This document shows, one piece after another, positions 42,838-55,640 of a DNA stretch of 64,000 nucleotides. The translations under genes were made by a program, and so were the position numbers. The stretch's first letter is position 1. Every line of letters starts with the position of its first letter. The notes under the pieces are model-generated. The model had not been told where the DNA came from and searched no databases. It saw only the letters and a program-made list of their open reading frames with translations. Origin of the DNA: Takakia lepidozioides (Eukaryota > Plantae > Bryophyta); contig CM060733.1 of the NCBI GenBank assembly GCA_030704615.1, positions 59,520,001 through 59,584,000 on the forward strand, written 5' to 3'.

Positions 42838-43174
42838 AAATTTATTTAATCCGCTGGATCTTTGTACAGGTGTTGCACACATATTTAAGCACATGTAGGA
42901 AAAAATGAAGCTTGAGCCACATCCGTTTGTTGGGTGCAATGACATGAGAAGATTTTCTTTCACATTAATAAACAAAAATTGGTTGATAGGGTGAATGCGT
43001 CATTGGGGGGGGAAAATGATTTTGTTTGGGTTTGAAACTTTGCATGCATGTACGTTGCGCACATACATGTAATTATTGAATGACATATTTGATGCACACA
43101 CACATTGAAGGTTGTTGTTTGCATTTCGCTTATATTGAAGTGTATGGTTGCAATGACACATAATATATGTCCAT

Positions 43175-46062
43175 ATGTTCATTTGTTCGTATCAGGACTT
43201 TGTCCATCCCTTCCCGGTCTTTTCTCTTGGCACCCCATCCAAAAACAACCCAAGTACATCAGGCGGGAGCCGTGGGCGAGACGCCGCCCCCACGATACCG
43301 GACGATGATGACGATGACAGTGATAGTGACAGTGACAGTGACAACAACAATGAGCATGGAATTAACCAGGAGGATGTGCAAGCCATGGAGGATCTCTTAA
43401 TACATCATGTGGGCGCTGATGCATCCCATGAAGAGGGAACCCGACCAATCGATGATCCTGAAATGGTCCCCTCAAATGACATGGAGAGGGAGGCGAGAAC
43501 TCCCTTGTACGAAGGGGCGAAAGTGAGTCGACTTTCAACAATCTTACTTTTGCTCAATCTTCAAATTCGATTTGGCATAAGTAATGTTGGGATGTTTGCC
43601 ATAATGCGAACTATTGCAGACTATATCCTTGCTCTACACTTGAAACCCAAGATGTCACGGTCGCGGAAAGAGGCGTGCAAAGTCTTGGACTCTGTGGGGA
43701 TGGGCTATAAGATTTTTCATGCATGTTCATGTGATAAAACCCTATACTACGGAGATGATTCGCATCTCACCAAGTGCCCAAAGTGCAAGAAAGACCGATA
43801 TCGGGATGATGTCCAATGGAAAAAAGTACCACGCAAGGTATAAGCGTCATTCCCCCTCGCATGGAGATTACTTTATTTAATCTTCTCAAGGTATGTAAAG
43901 TGTATTCTACAAAGTTTAGGGTTTAGAGAGTAGTACTCATGCTAGATCTGATTGTGGTTTTGGAAGTAGTGAGTGATGAGTGGAAGGAGCGATGTTCGGT
44001 TTTGATCATTCACACCCATGCATGCATGTGATATTGCACATTTGGTATGCGTTGCATTGTCACTTTCACGTAAATTTTTTTGTATAAGTCTTTGTGGGTG
44101 GGGATATATGTAGGACCTGCAGATTCGCCATCTTCTAGATCCCATGCATATTGAGAAGAATGTCTGCTCGTCCTTTTTTCGGGTACTTCATGGCACGCCG
44201 GCAAAGAAGGGAGTGGCTGCAAAAGGAGATTCTCTTGGTGTTAGAAATGAGCTTGAGGAGCAGGGTCGCATGCGCCATCTATGGGCCGGACAAAATGGTG
44301 TGGACCCAAAGGGTATTGTACGGTGAAAGTATAGGCGCGCACCTTGGCAATGGGCAAAGGAGGAATACAAGAAAGAGATAGCCACCATAAGTGTTGTCCG
44401 AACACCAACTAGTTATGGGTCATCCCTCCGTACGAAGTTCAGCGAAGAAGACGGGGTCCATGGTTTGAAGTTTCATGACTACCACAATCTATTGCAAGAC
44501 ATCTTGCCTATTGCAGTACGTGGGACATTGACTCCCGAGGTTTGTGAGACAATCTATAGATTGGGAGGCTTGTTCCGGTGGATTTGCTCCAAAGAGTTGG
44601 AAGAAGCAGATTTTCCACGCATGAAGAAGGAGGCGGCGGAGGTAATGTGTATGTTGGAGATGCACCTTCCTCCCTCCTTCTTTGAAATCCAAGTGCACTT
44701 GGTAGTGCACTTAGTGGAAGAGGCTTCGATTGCCGGCCCCGTTCATTCCCGGTGGATGTACTTCCTTGAGCGTTATATGAAGATTTTGAAAGGATTTGTA
44801 AGACAAATGACGCACTCGGAGGGTAGCATGGCGGAGGGGTATACATTGCAAGAAGCTATGTTCTATTGCACGGAGTACATGGCAAGGGTGGATGAGGAAG
44901 CCCCTCGGATGTGGAAGGAAGAGAAGGATGCACGAACCAATGACATCGTTTTGCCCAAAAAATCGAAGAGGGTAAAATTGCCGACCTTGGTGATTGAGCA
45001 AGCGTATGAGTTTATACTGAAGAACACCCCATCCATACATGAGTGGGAGGCAAAGATACAATAATCTTGTTCAACAATGAGAGGATGAGACGCTTGCATG
45101 GAGGCGGAACCATCTAAGGCCGGTTACTAGACGCCCACGACGAGGAGCGGGCCGCCGGAATGTTCCTTCACAAAATTTGCCCATGGAATTGCAGCCTCTA
45201 AGTTCATTCCAACAGTGGCTTCGGACTTCAGTTTATGACGCCGTTGCTGAAGGAGAGGTGGTTTCAGATTTGGTGCAAGACATTGCAAGGGGCCCTCTCA
45301 ATTCGCGACCTCATACACGGCGGTTTGGGTTCTCGGTCGTCATTTCCGCATTCGTGCTCTTGACATGAAGCGCAAAGCAACCTTTGATTCTGGCTTGTGT
45401 GCCACATATTGGCAAGACTCCGTGTGGGGCAAGGGAGATACACGACCTGCTATGAGCAAACTTGAGTACATTGGAGAGCTTGAGAGCATACTCCAACTTC
45501 AGTATACAAGATACCGGCCTCTTCTCTTCAAGGGAAGGTGGTTCCAGCCACATCTTCCGCAACACTAGTGCAAGATGATTGTGGTTTCATGCGCGTCAAT
45601 GCAGATAGGCTCAACCCTACTCATCGTCCCTCCGATGAGCTTTTTTCACGGCCTTCAGACATGGAGCAAGTTTTCTTCTCCAATGACAAAACAAGAGGGG
45701 GGAATTGGAAGATGGTTGTACATGCTCAGCCAAGAGGAAGACGTATCTATCATGATCTTGGATCTCTATGGGGTGAGGCAATTGCGGTGGACGGAGAGAC
45801 TGGTCATAATTATGCTAATGATGAAGGTTGGGTAGAGGGGGTAGAAGAGGATGATGACGCCCCGGACAATGCATCCTGGACCCTATATGATAAAGCTCTA
45901 GAAGATACGGATGTTGGAGAAGGAGACGAAGACACGGCCATTGACAACGAGGTGGAGGATGATTTGGAGGTGCCTTTTGAGGGCCGGGCCATTTATGACC
46001 AAAAAGACTTGCAGCTTGGTGAGGATGAAGAAGCTCCGGATGATGATGTTCAAGTTGATTAG
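43175..46062 (+). pseudogene. CACTA TnpD transposase remnant (N-terminal Cys region, DUF4218- and DUF4216-like parts; central Tnp2 core apparently deleted)
   Basis: HACSCD...CPKCKKDRY...KKVPRK, DPMHIEKNVC, LKFHDYH, FFEIQVHLVVHL, GPVHSRWMYFLERYM, EGSMAEGY, EQVFF...W. In-frame stops at 44324 and 45062. Confidence 0.88.
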
Positions 46063-47691
46063 ACACAAAATCAAAGCTACATAACAATTCTCGCACCGAA
46101 CTGGACCCATCCCTTCGATTGATTGTACATGTACATGCATATTGTAGTTTATTTCTACGATTGATCAAATATGGTTGTGGCTGATAGTCTTTCAAGAAAG
46201 AAGGCAGAAGCAATGAATATGTTGGAGCAACACACACAGATGTGGTATCAAGAGAATTATCAAAATGAATGTCACAATCTACAAGAAGGTCCACAACAAC
46301 AAGCTAAACCATAAAGAAACAAAAACCCTACCCCAGTACCATATGAAAAAAAAAAAAAAACTAAAAATCCCCAAAGGCCCTAAACCTAAACATAGAAAGC
46401 CCTGCCGTCGCAGCCTGCGACCCCCACGCGTCGCAACCTGTTTAGGATTTATGAGGCTGGGGGTCGCAAACGGCGATGACCAACCGTCGCCAACTGTGAC
46501 ATGTTTTTTTTAATGGATTTATGAGGCCGGAGGTCGCAAACGGCGACGGCCAGCCATCGCAAACTGTGACCTGTTTTTTTTTTTTGCAATAATAGGGCAG
46601 CCGGGCAGTTTGCGACGCCCGGCCGTCGCAGGGTCCTTTTGCCCTTCATGCCACCATGCGATGGCCTGACATCGCAAGACAGGGCTGCGATGAAAGAAAT
46701 GGCAAGACAGGGTTTTTTTTTTCGGCTGTCGTGCGCATACATATCGCTACACAACTACATCGCTGTCCAAAACCACACAACACATGTGCACACCACACAC
46801 TAGTATACCACTAGTCTACCACTAGTCCAGCCACTAGTCCAACCACTAGGCTACAACTAGTCAGTCACTAGGCTGCCACTATGCTGCCCACTATGGCAGT
46901 CACTAGTCCACACAATGATAAAGAGAAGAATACAAGCACAAGCTCATGCGAGCTCACAAAGCTGAAGCATAAACTCATGCATATATAACCTCATCACTCA
47001 AATACAAGTCAAGCCAAGTGCACCCCACGCCATGGGGAATCCACACTACGGCGCCATAGCTAGGCGCGGTGAGGCTCAACTCGAGAAAGATGAGCCTCCC
47101 GCGCTTGCCGTGAAGATAACCACTCCAGGGCCTAAATCTGCCTTGACCCCTGGATTGACACTTGGGCCAATCCCAAATGTCAATATGTAAAAGCTAGCTA
47201 TTTCCTAGCTAGTTTCACACTAGTGGTAAAATAACTTGACAGCTGTCGTGCGCATACATATCGCTACACAACTACATCGCTGTCCAAAACCACACAACAC
47301 ATGTGCACACCACACACTAGTATACCACTAGTCTACCACTAGTCAGCCACTAGTCCAACCACTAGGCTACAACTAGTCAGTCACTAGGCTGCCACTACGC
47401 TGCCCACTATGGCAGTCACTAGTCCACACAATCGCCCCCCTAGCTGGTGCTTAGGTCCCTCTAAGTCCAGGTAGCCACAAGATGTGATAGTGACCATAGC
47501 CTCACTAAGTCCTCCACCACTATCCCTACTACACTCAAAACTCGATAGATCAAGAGGCCGGGTGCAAGAGTTGCCCCATCGTTAGTCGCCGTCTTGCAAC
47601 CTGTGAACTTGAGCTTGGGATCTCATGTATTGACTCCTATGAGCTTGGCCTCCCATGTCTTGTTAGCTGCCTCCAGTCATGTCCACTGCCA

Positions 47692-50600
47692 CTATCCCAA
47701 GCAGTGTGGACACAACCAATCTCCGTCAGGAACCTTCTCAAGAGGTGGTGTCAAGCATCCCATATGCCAACCCCTTGAGCATCGATCACACACCAGCATG
47801 GTGGCTGCCCCTTTGGCAGACCCACAGAGCATGCACCTCAAACCTGCAGGTACCACTGCCAAGTTTGGGTCAACTCTGCCATCGACATTGGGAAGGTGAC
47901 ATGGCGCACAATTACGCACATGGTCCTTCCAAGTCATGCCATCCCGACCCTCCAAGATCAGGACCCCTGAGGGCAACACCTCTCGAACCCTCAGAATAAC
48001 ACGCCCTGCAGTAACATCCAGAGTCGTAGGAGCAGTCTGCTGCAAATAAACATAGTCACCAGGGCTAAACCTCCGAACCCCAGGACGATATCCTCCACCA
48101 CGTATAGTGGCATACCTCAACGTATCACGGTGCTGTGCAATGGCAAGGTTCTCAAAAGCCATGGGCATGACTTTCTTGAACAACTCTGCACGCTGATCAC
48201 ATGCACGTACCCACACGTCCGGATCGTCAAGGTTAAGGACTTGAGCAGTGTCCCTACGAATGGCTGCAGGCAAATCCGGCTCTCGGCCAAAGAGAAGGAA
48301 ATATGGTGAGAAGGAGGCAAGTGATGCTTGTTTGCTGAACCTGTAGCCCATGGCTAACCAAGGAACCTGAAGATCCCAATCTCCTAGGTGTCCCTTCTGC
48401 AAGCCATACTTGCGCAAACCCCTCTTCACCGTCTGAACAACTCTCTCTGCTAAGCCATCGGCCTCAGGATGATCCCGAGAAGTGGTGCGGTGGTCTATCA
48501 AGGCTTTATCACACAAAGCCTGAAACTCCCCCAAGAACTCTCTCCCTTGGTCCGTGAGTACCTCAGCTGGAGCACCAAATCGGCTAAGCACACGATCCAA
48601 GAATGCATACGCAGCCCCTCACTAGCCTTGTCAGGCAATGGAACCAACTCAATCCACTTGGAGAAGTGCTCCACCATCACCAACACATATCTGTGGTGGC
48701 GCATAGTCAGTGGCAACGGTCCTGCGAAGTCAAGACTCCACCTGTAGCCCAATCCCATGATTGGTAAAGGATGCAACTGTGGTGTAGGGGCGTTGAATGA
48801 AGCACGCACCCTGTCACACACCATGCACCTAGCCACAACTGTTGCACCTCTGTATGCATACCACGCCACCAATACTGCCCCTGCAGTAAACTGTGAGTGC
48901 GTCGCACTCCAAAATGCCCCAACTCCTCATGGGCATGCCGCACTAACCGTGCACGCTGTGTGGGGTGAGGCACAATCCTCACCCGACCATCCTCCCACAC
49001 TCGAAGTAGGTGTATCCCCTCCCACTTGAACCTCTTGGCTCGTTGCAGGATCCGATCCCTCTCCCTGGCAGTCACAATGGCTGCCGTGTCTCCCGTGCGG
49101 AGGTAGTCCAACACAGCCGAATCCTCATGTATATCTCTGGCACCACCTAGCTCATCACTAGCCTCAGGGTCCTCAGACACTCCGTCTACAGTCATCCCTG
49201 TTGTAGGTCCAATCTGACCTCCCGATGCCAAGATACACAAAAATGCAGATGCGTGCCATCCCGGCACCATCTCCTCGTCCGTCTCACCATGCCACCGAGC
49301 TCCAGTGTCATCCTGCTGGCTCATGCATGGATTGCGACTCAATCCATCCGCATCCCGATTGACCAAACCCGGTCGATGCACAACCTGAAAGTCATACTCC
49401 TGGAGTATAAGTGCCCACCGTGCAAGCTTCCCCGTAAGCTTGTCTGACTCCATCAACCACTTGAGTGGCTGGTGATCCGTGACAAGGGTGAAAAGATTGC
49501 CGTATAGATAGCACCTGAAGTGTGCCACGGCCCACACTGCAGCTAAGCACTCTCCCTCATATGAGCTGTACTTAGCCTCTGCAGCGTTGTTCGAGCGGCT
49601 AGCGTAAGCCACTACGAACTCTCTTCCCTCATCATCCACCTGTGTGAGCACCGCTCCAAGCCCCAGCATGCTCCAATCCGTATGCAGCTGAAAGGGACGC
49701 CCCCTGATAGGTCGTCTCAAGATAGGCGCCGAGGTCAACCTCGCCTTGAGCTCTTGAAAAGCTCGTTCCTGCTCATCTTCCCACTGCCACTCCTGGTCCA
49801 CTTGGTCAGCTTGGTTAGAGCCTTTGCAATGGTACTAAATCCCTTGACAAACCGTCTATAATAGTTTGCCAACCCCATGAAAGCTCGAACTCGGCTCACA
49901 TCCGTGGGGCGTGGAATTTGTGCAATGGCCTCTACCTTAGTCTGCTGTACCCCAATCCTCCATATATCATGTGACCCAGATACTCAATCTGGTTGTGGAA
50001 AAACTTGCACTTCCCCGGATGCAACTTCAATCCGTGCGCTCTCAAGCGCTCCAATACCACCTGAAGGTGTCTCTCATGCTCCTCCATCGTAACACTAAAG
50101 ATGATGATGTCATCTATGTAGCACCGAGCAAAGTCCACCCCTGCTAGAATCCTATCCATGACTCTCTGAAACTCTGCAGGAGCATTCTTAAGCCCAAATG
50201 GTAAGAACCGCCACTGATATAGGCAATCCTTGCCGTGCTCATTGATCCCCCAGAATGCCGTCTTCTGCTTGTCCGCCTCCTTGATTGGCAACTGGTGATA
50301 TCCGGATCGTAAATCCAAAGTGCTAAAGGCCTTAGCATGCCCGATGGCATCAAAGATCTCCTCTGGTGTTGGCATGGCATACTTATCGGACTTGGTCTGA
50401 CGATTTACAGGCCGGTAATCACCGCACATACGTCTCTCCGTCCAATTGCCATAGACATCCTTCTTGGCTGGCATCACTGTGGCTGAAGCATACTCTCCAC
50501 CAGAGAGCTCCACCAAACCTGCCTCCCAGAGATCTTGAGTCCTCATCTGAATCAAAGACCTCTCCATGTCACTGTATCTATAGGGTCTCCGAAAGATTGG

Positions 50601-53600
50601 CGTGTCAGTGGCCAACTCAATACGGATCTCTTGACCCTTCAGTGCTCCCAAGTCCTTCAAACTGAAGGCAAAGCAATTCCTGTAAGCCCTCAGGAACCGC
50701 CGTATACGTCGTCTCTCTCCTCCGGTGACAATGGGTCCAATGTCAGGCTCCCAATTGTCCTCCGTAACTACAACCTTAAGTCCAGTGGGCTTAGAGGTAG
50801 AGGACGCGTCCAGTGGTTGCTATGTGCAACCTCTTGAGCAGTACTCCCTACCTGCTCAGTCAATGACAAGGCCTCATCCTGCCCCATCATCTCATCCTGA
50901 GGACCTCCTCAACCGAGAAGAATCCCCAACCTCATCCATCACAGCCGCCTTGGCTGCCAACTCCCTCTGAACCTCGAGCACCTCCCACGTGTGCCATGGA
51001 TGCATGCACCCCGTGGTCCTCACATGCTCGCCCCCACTCACTGCCTGTACCGTCTCGGTAGGCAGAGAGACCATTGAGGGAAGTGTATTCCGCACTCTGC
51101 GTTGCTCAGCCAGAGCCAAGCTGATAATCCAGGTCAAGCAATTGAGATCCATTGCTTGCCCCAACACTTGACGACGTGATGCCTCAGAAAGAGACGACAC
51201 CGCCGTGGTACCAGTGGTAAAACCCATTGCCCGCTCACGCTCGTCAGCATTAGGCTCCACTAACTGCTGCAACTGAGCATCCCACAGGAGGCCAGGTCCA
51301 CTATCCCGGAAAGCATGCGATCCTGGGAAGCTGAGCAGTGTAGGTAATGCTGCTCGTGGTTGACCCACCTTGTTGACCACTGCCAAAGGCGAACGGTCAT
51401 CGTGTCTCACACGTTGAGACTGCCTCCCTGTGTCCAGAATGTTATCCACTGTGAGATGTGCTGGCCGCTGCACCCCATCAAATGCACGCTTGAGCAGTGC
51501 GGGTGGCATCAAGTTAGTCCACCATAGCCGTGGACGATGAGCCCGTGACCCCACTGTAGCTGCATCTAGCAACACTGCTGACCCAAGCCACGACCGGACT
51601 TGATGCACACTGGCCATCACCCTGGCCCGAGAATCGCCCATCAGTGGCACATTCTCCAAGATGTATGCTGGAGATACAGCTTGATGAAGCTGCAAGTGGC
51701 GCAAAACCCGCACCATCTCCCAAAACAGACCCGACCTCGAGTCTCGCAATCCATTGCCATGCCCGGCTGATGAATGCCCTTGGCAGGGCCAACCTGCCAC
51801 TACCAGATCAATGGAGCCAACCCGCTCCAAATCCTGCGCCCCCAGCAACGAAATGTCTGCTGGCAAGGCCTGCTGATATCCACGAATTGCAGACACCGAC
51901 AACAACTCAGGGTACCGCTGCACCAACTGAGCAACATGGCGAAGTGAAACGCGTCGTGCAGTCTCATCCCTCTCCACATACAGGTAACGCCGAACTCGTA
52001 CACCTGCCTGTAACACAGCAGCCAATCCGGTGCTGATCCCGCCAAACAAGTCCAGAAGACAAATGCCTTCATCCGGATACTGCCACACAATAGGTGTGGT
52101 GTCCAATGGAGACAATTGAGGTGGTCCTGGTGCAATCCCCACACTCTCCTCCTCTCCTGACGGTACAAAAGCCTCCACCCAGGCTTGTTGCACCGTCGAT
52201 CAGCATCCCGCTGCAAATCCTTGCTCGTGCCCCACAATGGAGTCTGAGCAACCATGGTAGGCAACTCCGCCATACCATACATGTCATCCTGCTCTCCCGG
52301 AGGTGGTACATCCTCTGAATGAGCATTGCCCTCAAGCAACTCTCTAGGCCAACTCACTGCCGCTGTGAATGCTGCTAGTGTCGGCATCTTGCCTCGCTGG
52401 GCAACAACTCCTCCTATGAACGTCACAGGGAGCTGCACACGCCGGCCCTCCCCTGACTGCCATGCAGGCCTATAGGAAGCTGACTCCTCCCAAAAATCCA
52501 GGGTGAAGCCCATGGGGTACAACACTGCCCCACCAACCAGGACATCGTATGAGACTGCGTCTGTCACAATGGCCTTGGCTCGCATCACTGAGCCATCTGT
52601 AGGGTGATCCGGCCGTAGTCTGATAGCCAACTCACGCCGTGTCATGCCCCGAGCCTGCTCCGATCCTCCCAGAGACGTCTGTATCTGGAAAGGACAAGGC
52701 TCCATATCCGCCTCCGTGAGGCCCAAGCCTGCAATAGCAGCTCTGCCCAGCATCAATGGCTGAGCTCCCGAGTCCAACAAGACCGCAGTGGCCGGTACCT
52801 CTTGCCTGCCGGTCCACTCAAACAGAAAATGCCATCCTGGTTGTCTAACATGACAACTCCAGGTGTCACCATGGCGCGCTCAATGGCTGGCCTAGCTGGC
52901 AGCTCCATCAACCTGGCAGCTGCAGCTTGCCATGGCGCCGCCGTGGCAGTCTTGACCCTCAAATCCGAGGATCCCTCCGGCACTACACCTCCCACTATCT
53001 CCGCAGAAGATGAAGTAACCTCCCCACTCTCACAGAGTGTAGCTGCCAGCCTGAACACCTCAGCTGGTCTTACCCCGGCGTCGCAATCATGGTAGCCGAG
53101 AACAATGGAGCCTGGCACACAGATGTGGCCGCTCTAGCAGCACACTAGCTGCCGTAGCCTTGGCAACACTAGGTAGTGGTGCTACCCGTGTAGCTCTCCC
53201 CAATGGCATAGTAACCTCCGCCTCGGTAACAGTCGGGCGAGAACTAGGTGCCATGGATGGCGTCGACACTGTCTCCGCCAATGTGAATGACTGAGGAAGC
53301 CTAGCCTGACGGCTTGCCTCCCCACGCTGTGGATCCAACTCCACCTCTGCACCTCGTGGCTCAGGAACTCGTGCTGCTCCTCGAGTCACGGCTGCAGCAG
53401 ACTCCACCTGCACTAGTGGTAGTGCTGCTCCACACATGAATCCCCCTGCCTCCCATATCTCCTCCCTCAGGAGCAGGAGGTGGACCATCCGGCCTTAGAG
53501 CCGGTACCACCTGAGCTGTAGCCATGGCAGCGAGCCTCTGCTCTAGCTGCTGAAGCCGGTTGGCCATGCCTTGGTCAACACCCTGACCTCCGCGTCCTTG

Positions 53601-54967
53601 GCCACGTTGAGCTTGCCCTTGGCCTGCACCTCGTGGCTGGCCACCTCGTCCTCTCTGGGCTGCTCCACCTCGCCCCCGCCACCATTGTTCCCTTGGAACT
53701 GGCCTGGGCGCAACTCAGGATGCAAACCATAACACTGGGCCTCTCCATGCCCGTGCTTGCCACAATGCCCACACTGCAACTGTGCAGGCTGTGCATGTGC
53801 CGGCCCTTTGCCTCCCTCTGGGCAATCCTTCTTGACATGGGGTCCTCCACATGTCCAGCACACCACATCCGCCCGTTGTTGGCCAGCAAATGAAGGGAGA
53901 GACCCCTGCATCTGAGGTCCTCTCTGCCCTTCCCTGAGCTTCACCTGAGCCCCCTTGTTGCCTTGAGCACGTTGAGGTAGTGGTTGGCTAGGAGCACCAC
54001 TACCCCGTGGTGTCTCCTTAGCAAATCCCACCATGACCACTCGTTCCTCCACCATGTTGAGCTCTATCCGCTCTGCCAGCAAAAACACATTTGCTAAGGT
54101 GGGTTGGGCCGCTTGTAGGAGAGTTGCATCCCGCACCCTCTCCTCAGCTCCTTGTCCAATATCCCATACCAGAATTGGACTGCCTGAGCTTCCGTAACCC
54201 CTTGGGTTACATTTATCAAGCGCCTCATGCGAGTGAAAGCCTCCCTCAAGCTCTCGGTCGGCTTCCGTTGGAACTCTTGCAAGCTCCGCAACTTCTCTGT
54301 CCTCACCCCTTGGTAGTTCCCTCTCAACTCTTCGAAGAACTCCACAACAGGGTTGAAGGCAGGCACGGGTGCTAGTGCTGGTGCGGTAGTGGCTTGGGTG
54401 GACGTCGTAGCTACTGTACCACCAGTCCCACTGCTGCTTGCTGAAGCTGCCGGTGCAGCGGCAGGTGTAGCCACTGCCCTCGTGGCTCTAGTGCCCCTAG
54501 TGATGGAGACATAGTCGGGTGACCAGTACATCCTCCTCCTCGATCTCAACCTCATGCCCCCGCCTGAACTCATGGTAATCATCCATAGGCGGCCCCTCAA
54601 GGTGCTGAAACAGCCCTTTCCATGCCATGAAAGGCGTAAATAGTTGTGGATTGCGCATTTGCTGCAAATCACACCAACTATCAAACTCTTGGATAAAATC
54701 ATCCAACTCGATGGTGCCCACCGCCCCAGAGTACCTTCGTGGCCCCTTGGTAGCTCCATACATCTCCTCCATTGTGTCCCACAACAATGGCAAAGAAACA
54801 ACTTGCACCGCCGGTATGAGTCCTCCTGATTCACAATCCGAATCAGAACCTTCCGTAGAAGACACAGGAGGTGAAGGTGGCCTAAACCGCACACCTCGTC
54901 TCGTGTACCCACTAGTATCGCTAGTGCTCGAACCGGCACTGTCCCCAGCAACTAGTGGCACCTCCGT
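47692..54967 (-). CDS. Gag-pol polyprotein, broken by ~1-nt frameshifts in this sequence: Gag with two zinc knuckles - aspartic protease - DNMT - RT - RNase H - integrase - PHD
   Basis: CWTCGGPHVKKDC and CGHCGKHGHGEAQC; LDSGAQ...YDVLVG; LDLRSGYHQ, LPFGLKNAP, YIDD; HTDWS, YEGECLA, TDHQPL; HAHEELGH...CMVC, LDFAGP, TDQG, DGLAER; C4HC3 PHD at 47698-47835. Confidence 0.92.
51115..52070 (-). CDS. C5 cytosine DNA methyltransferase domain (DNMT3-like) within pol, uninterrupted
   Basis: Motif I LLDLFGGISTG, II RYLYVE, IV DLVVAGWPCQ (catalytic PC), VI YILENV, VIII AHRPRLWWTN, IX ERERAMGF, X RRQVLGQAM, in canonical order. Confidence 0.93.
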
Positions 54968-55199
54968 GTTGACACTCAACCGGTCATGAACATGTCCCTA
55001 ACCCCCTCTCCACAAGGTAACCGGGTAGAGAACCTGTTGCGGCTTATGGTTTGGAATACTAAGTTCCTAACATAGCCTACACCTGACTTGCATGACCATG
55101 GGAATATCATGAAGATACCCTCAAACCGCCCTCCACGAGCTTCAAAATTCGGCCTTCCAGACCACATGCCAGTCTTCCACCAGTGCCTCCACGAGTCAG

Positions 55200-55640
55200 C
55201 ACAGGCCATCCACAGGTCAACACGGGCCACCACAGACCAGCACAGGCCCACACAGCTCACTGGTCACAGCCGTCACAGTCCCACAGGCCACTGGGCACAG
55301 CCTGGCCGTCACAGCCCATTCACACAGCCTGTCACAGCCTGCCAAGCCCGGCCCTACAGCCCGGCCTTCACAGCATCATCATCATTCTGGGTCTTCTCAC
55401 AAATTCAGGATGTCACATTCACACAGCCCCTCACAGCCCTCATCACAATCACAGCCCCCTTGTCACAGCCCCTCACAGCCCGTCATCACAAAGGTTCACA
55501 GCCCCTCACAAGCCGGCCTCAGGCACGGCCTGTCTCATGAAGCCACAGCCCCTCACACAGCCCTCACAGCCCATCACACAGGTTGCCCGTCACTTCCCAC
55601 AGCCTCTCACAGCCTGGTGTCACAGCCCTCTGGGCTCACA
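55200..55640. repeat. Degenerate TCACAGCC short-repeat array in the 5' leader of copy 1
   Basis: Many (T)CACAGCC units at irregular spacing. Confidence 0.8.

Noticed and set aside
50892-52193. Stand-alone host DNA methyltransferase gene
   Set aside because: It is intronless, lies between protease and RT, and sits in the same place in a second copy. The ORF limits look like frameshift artefacts.
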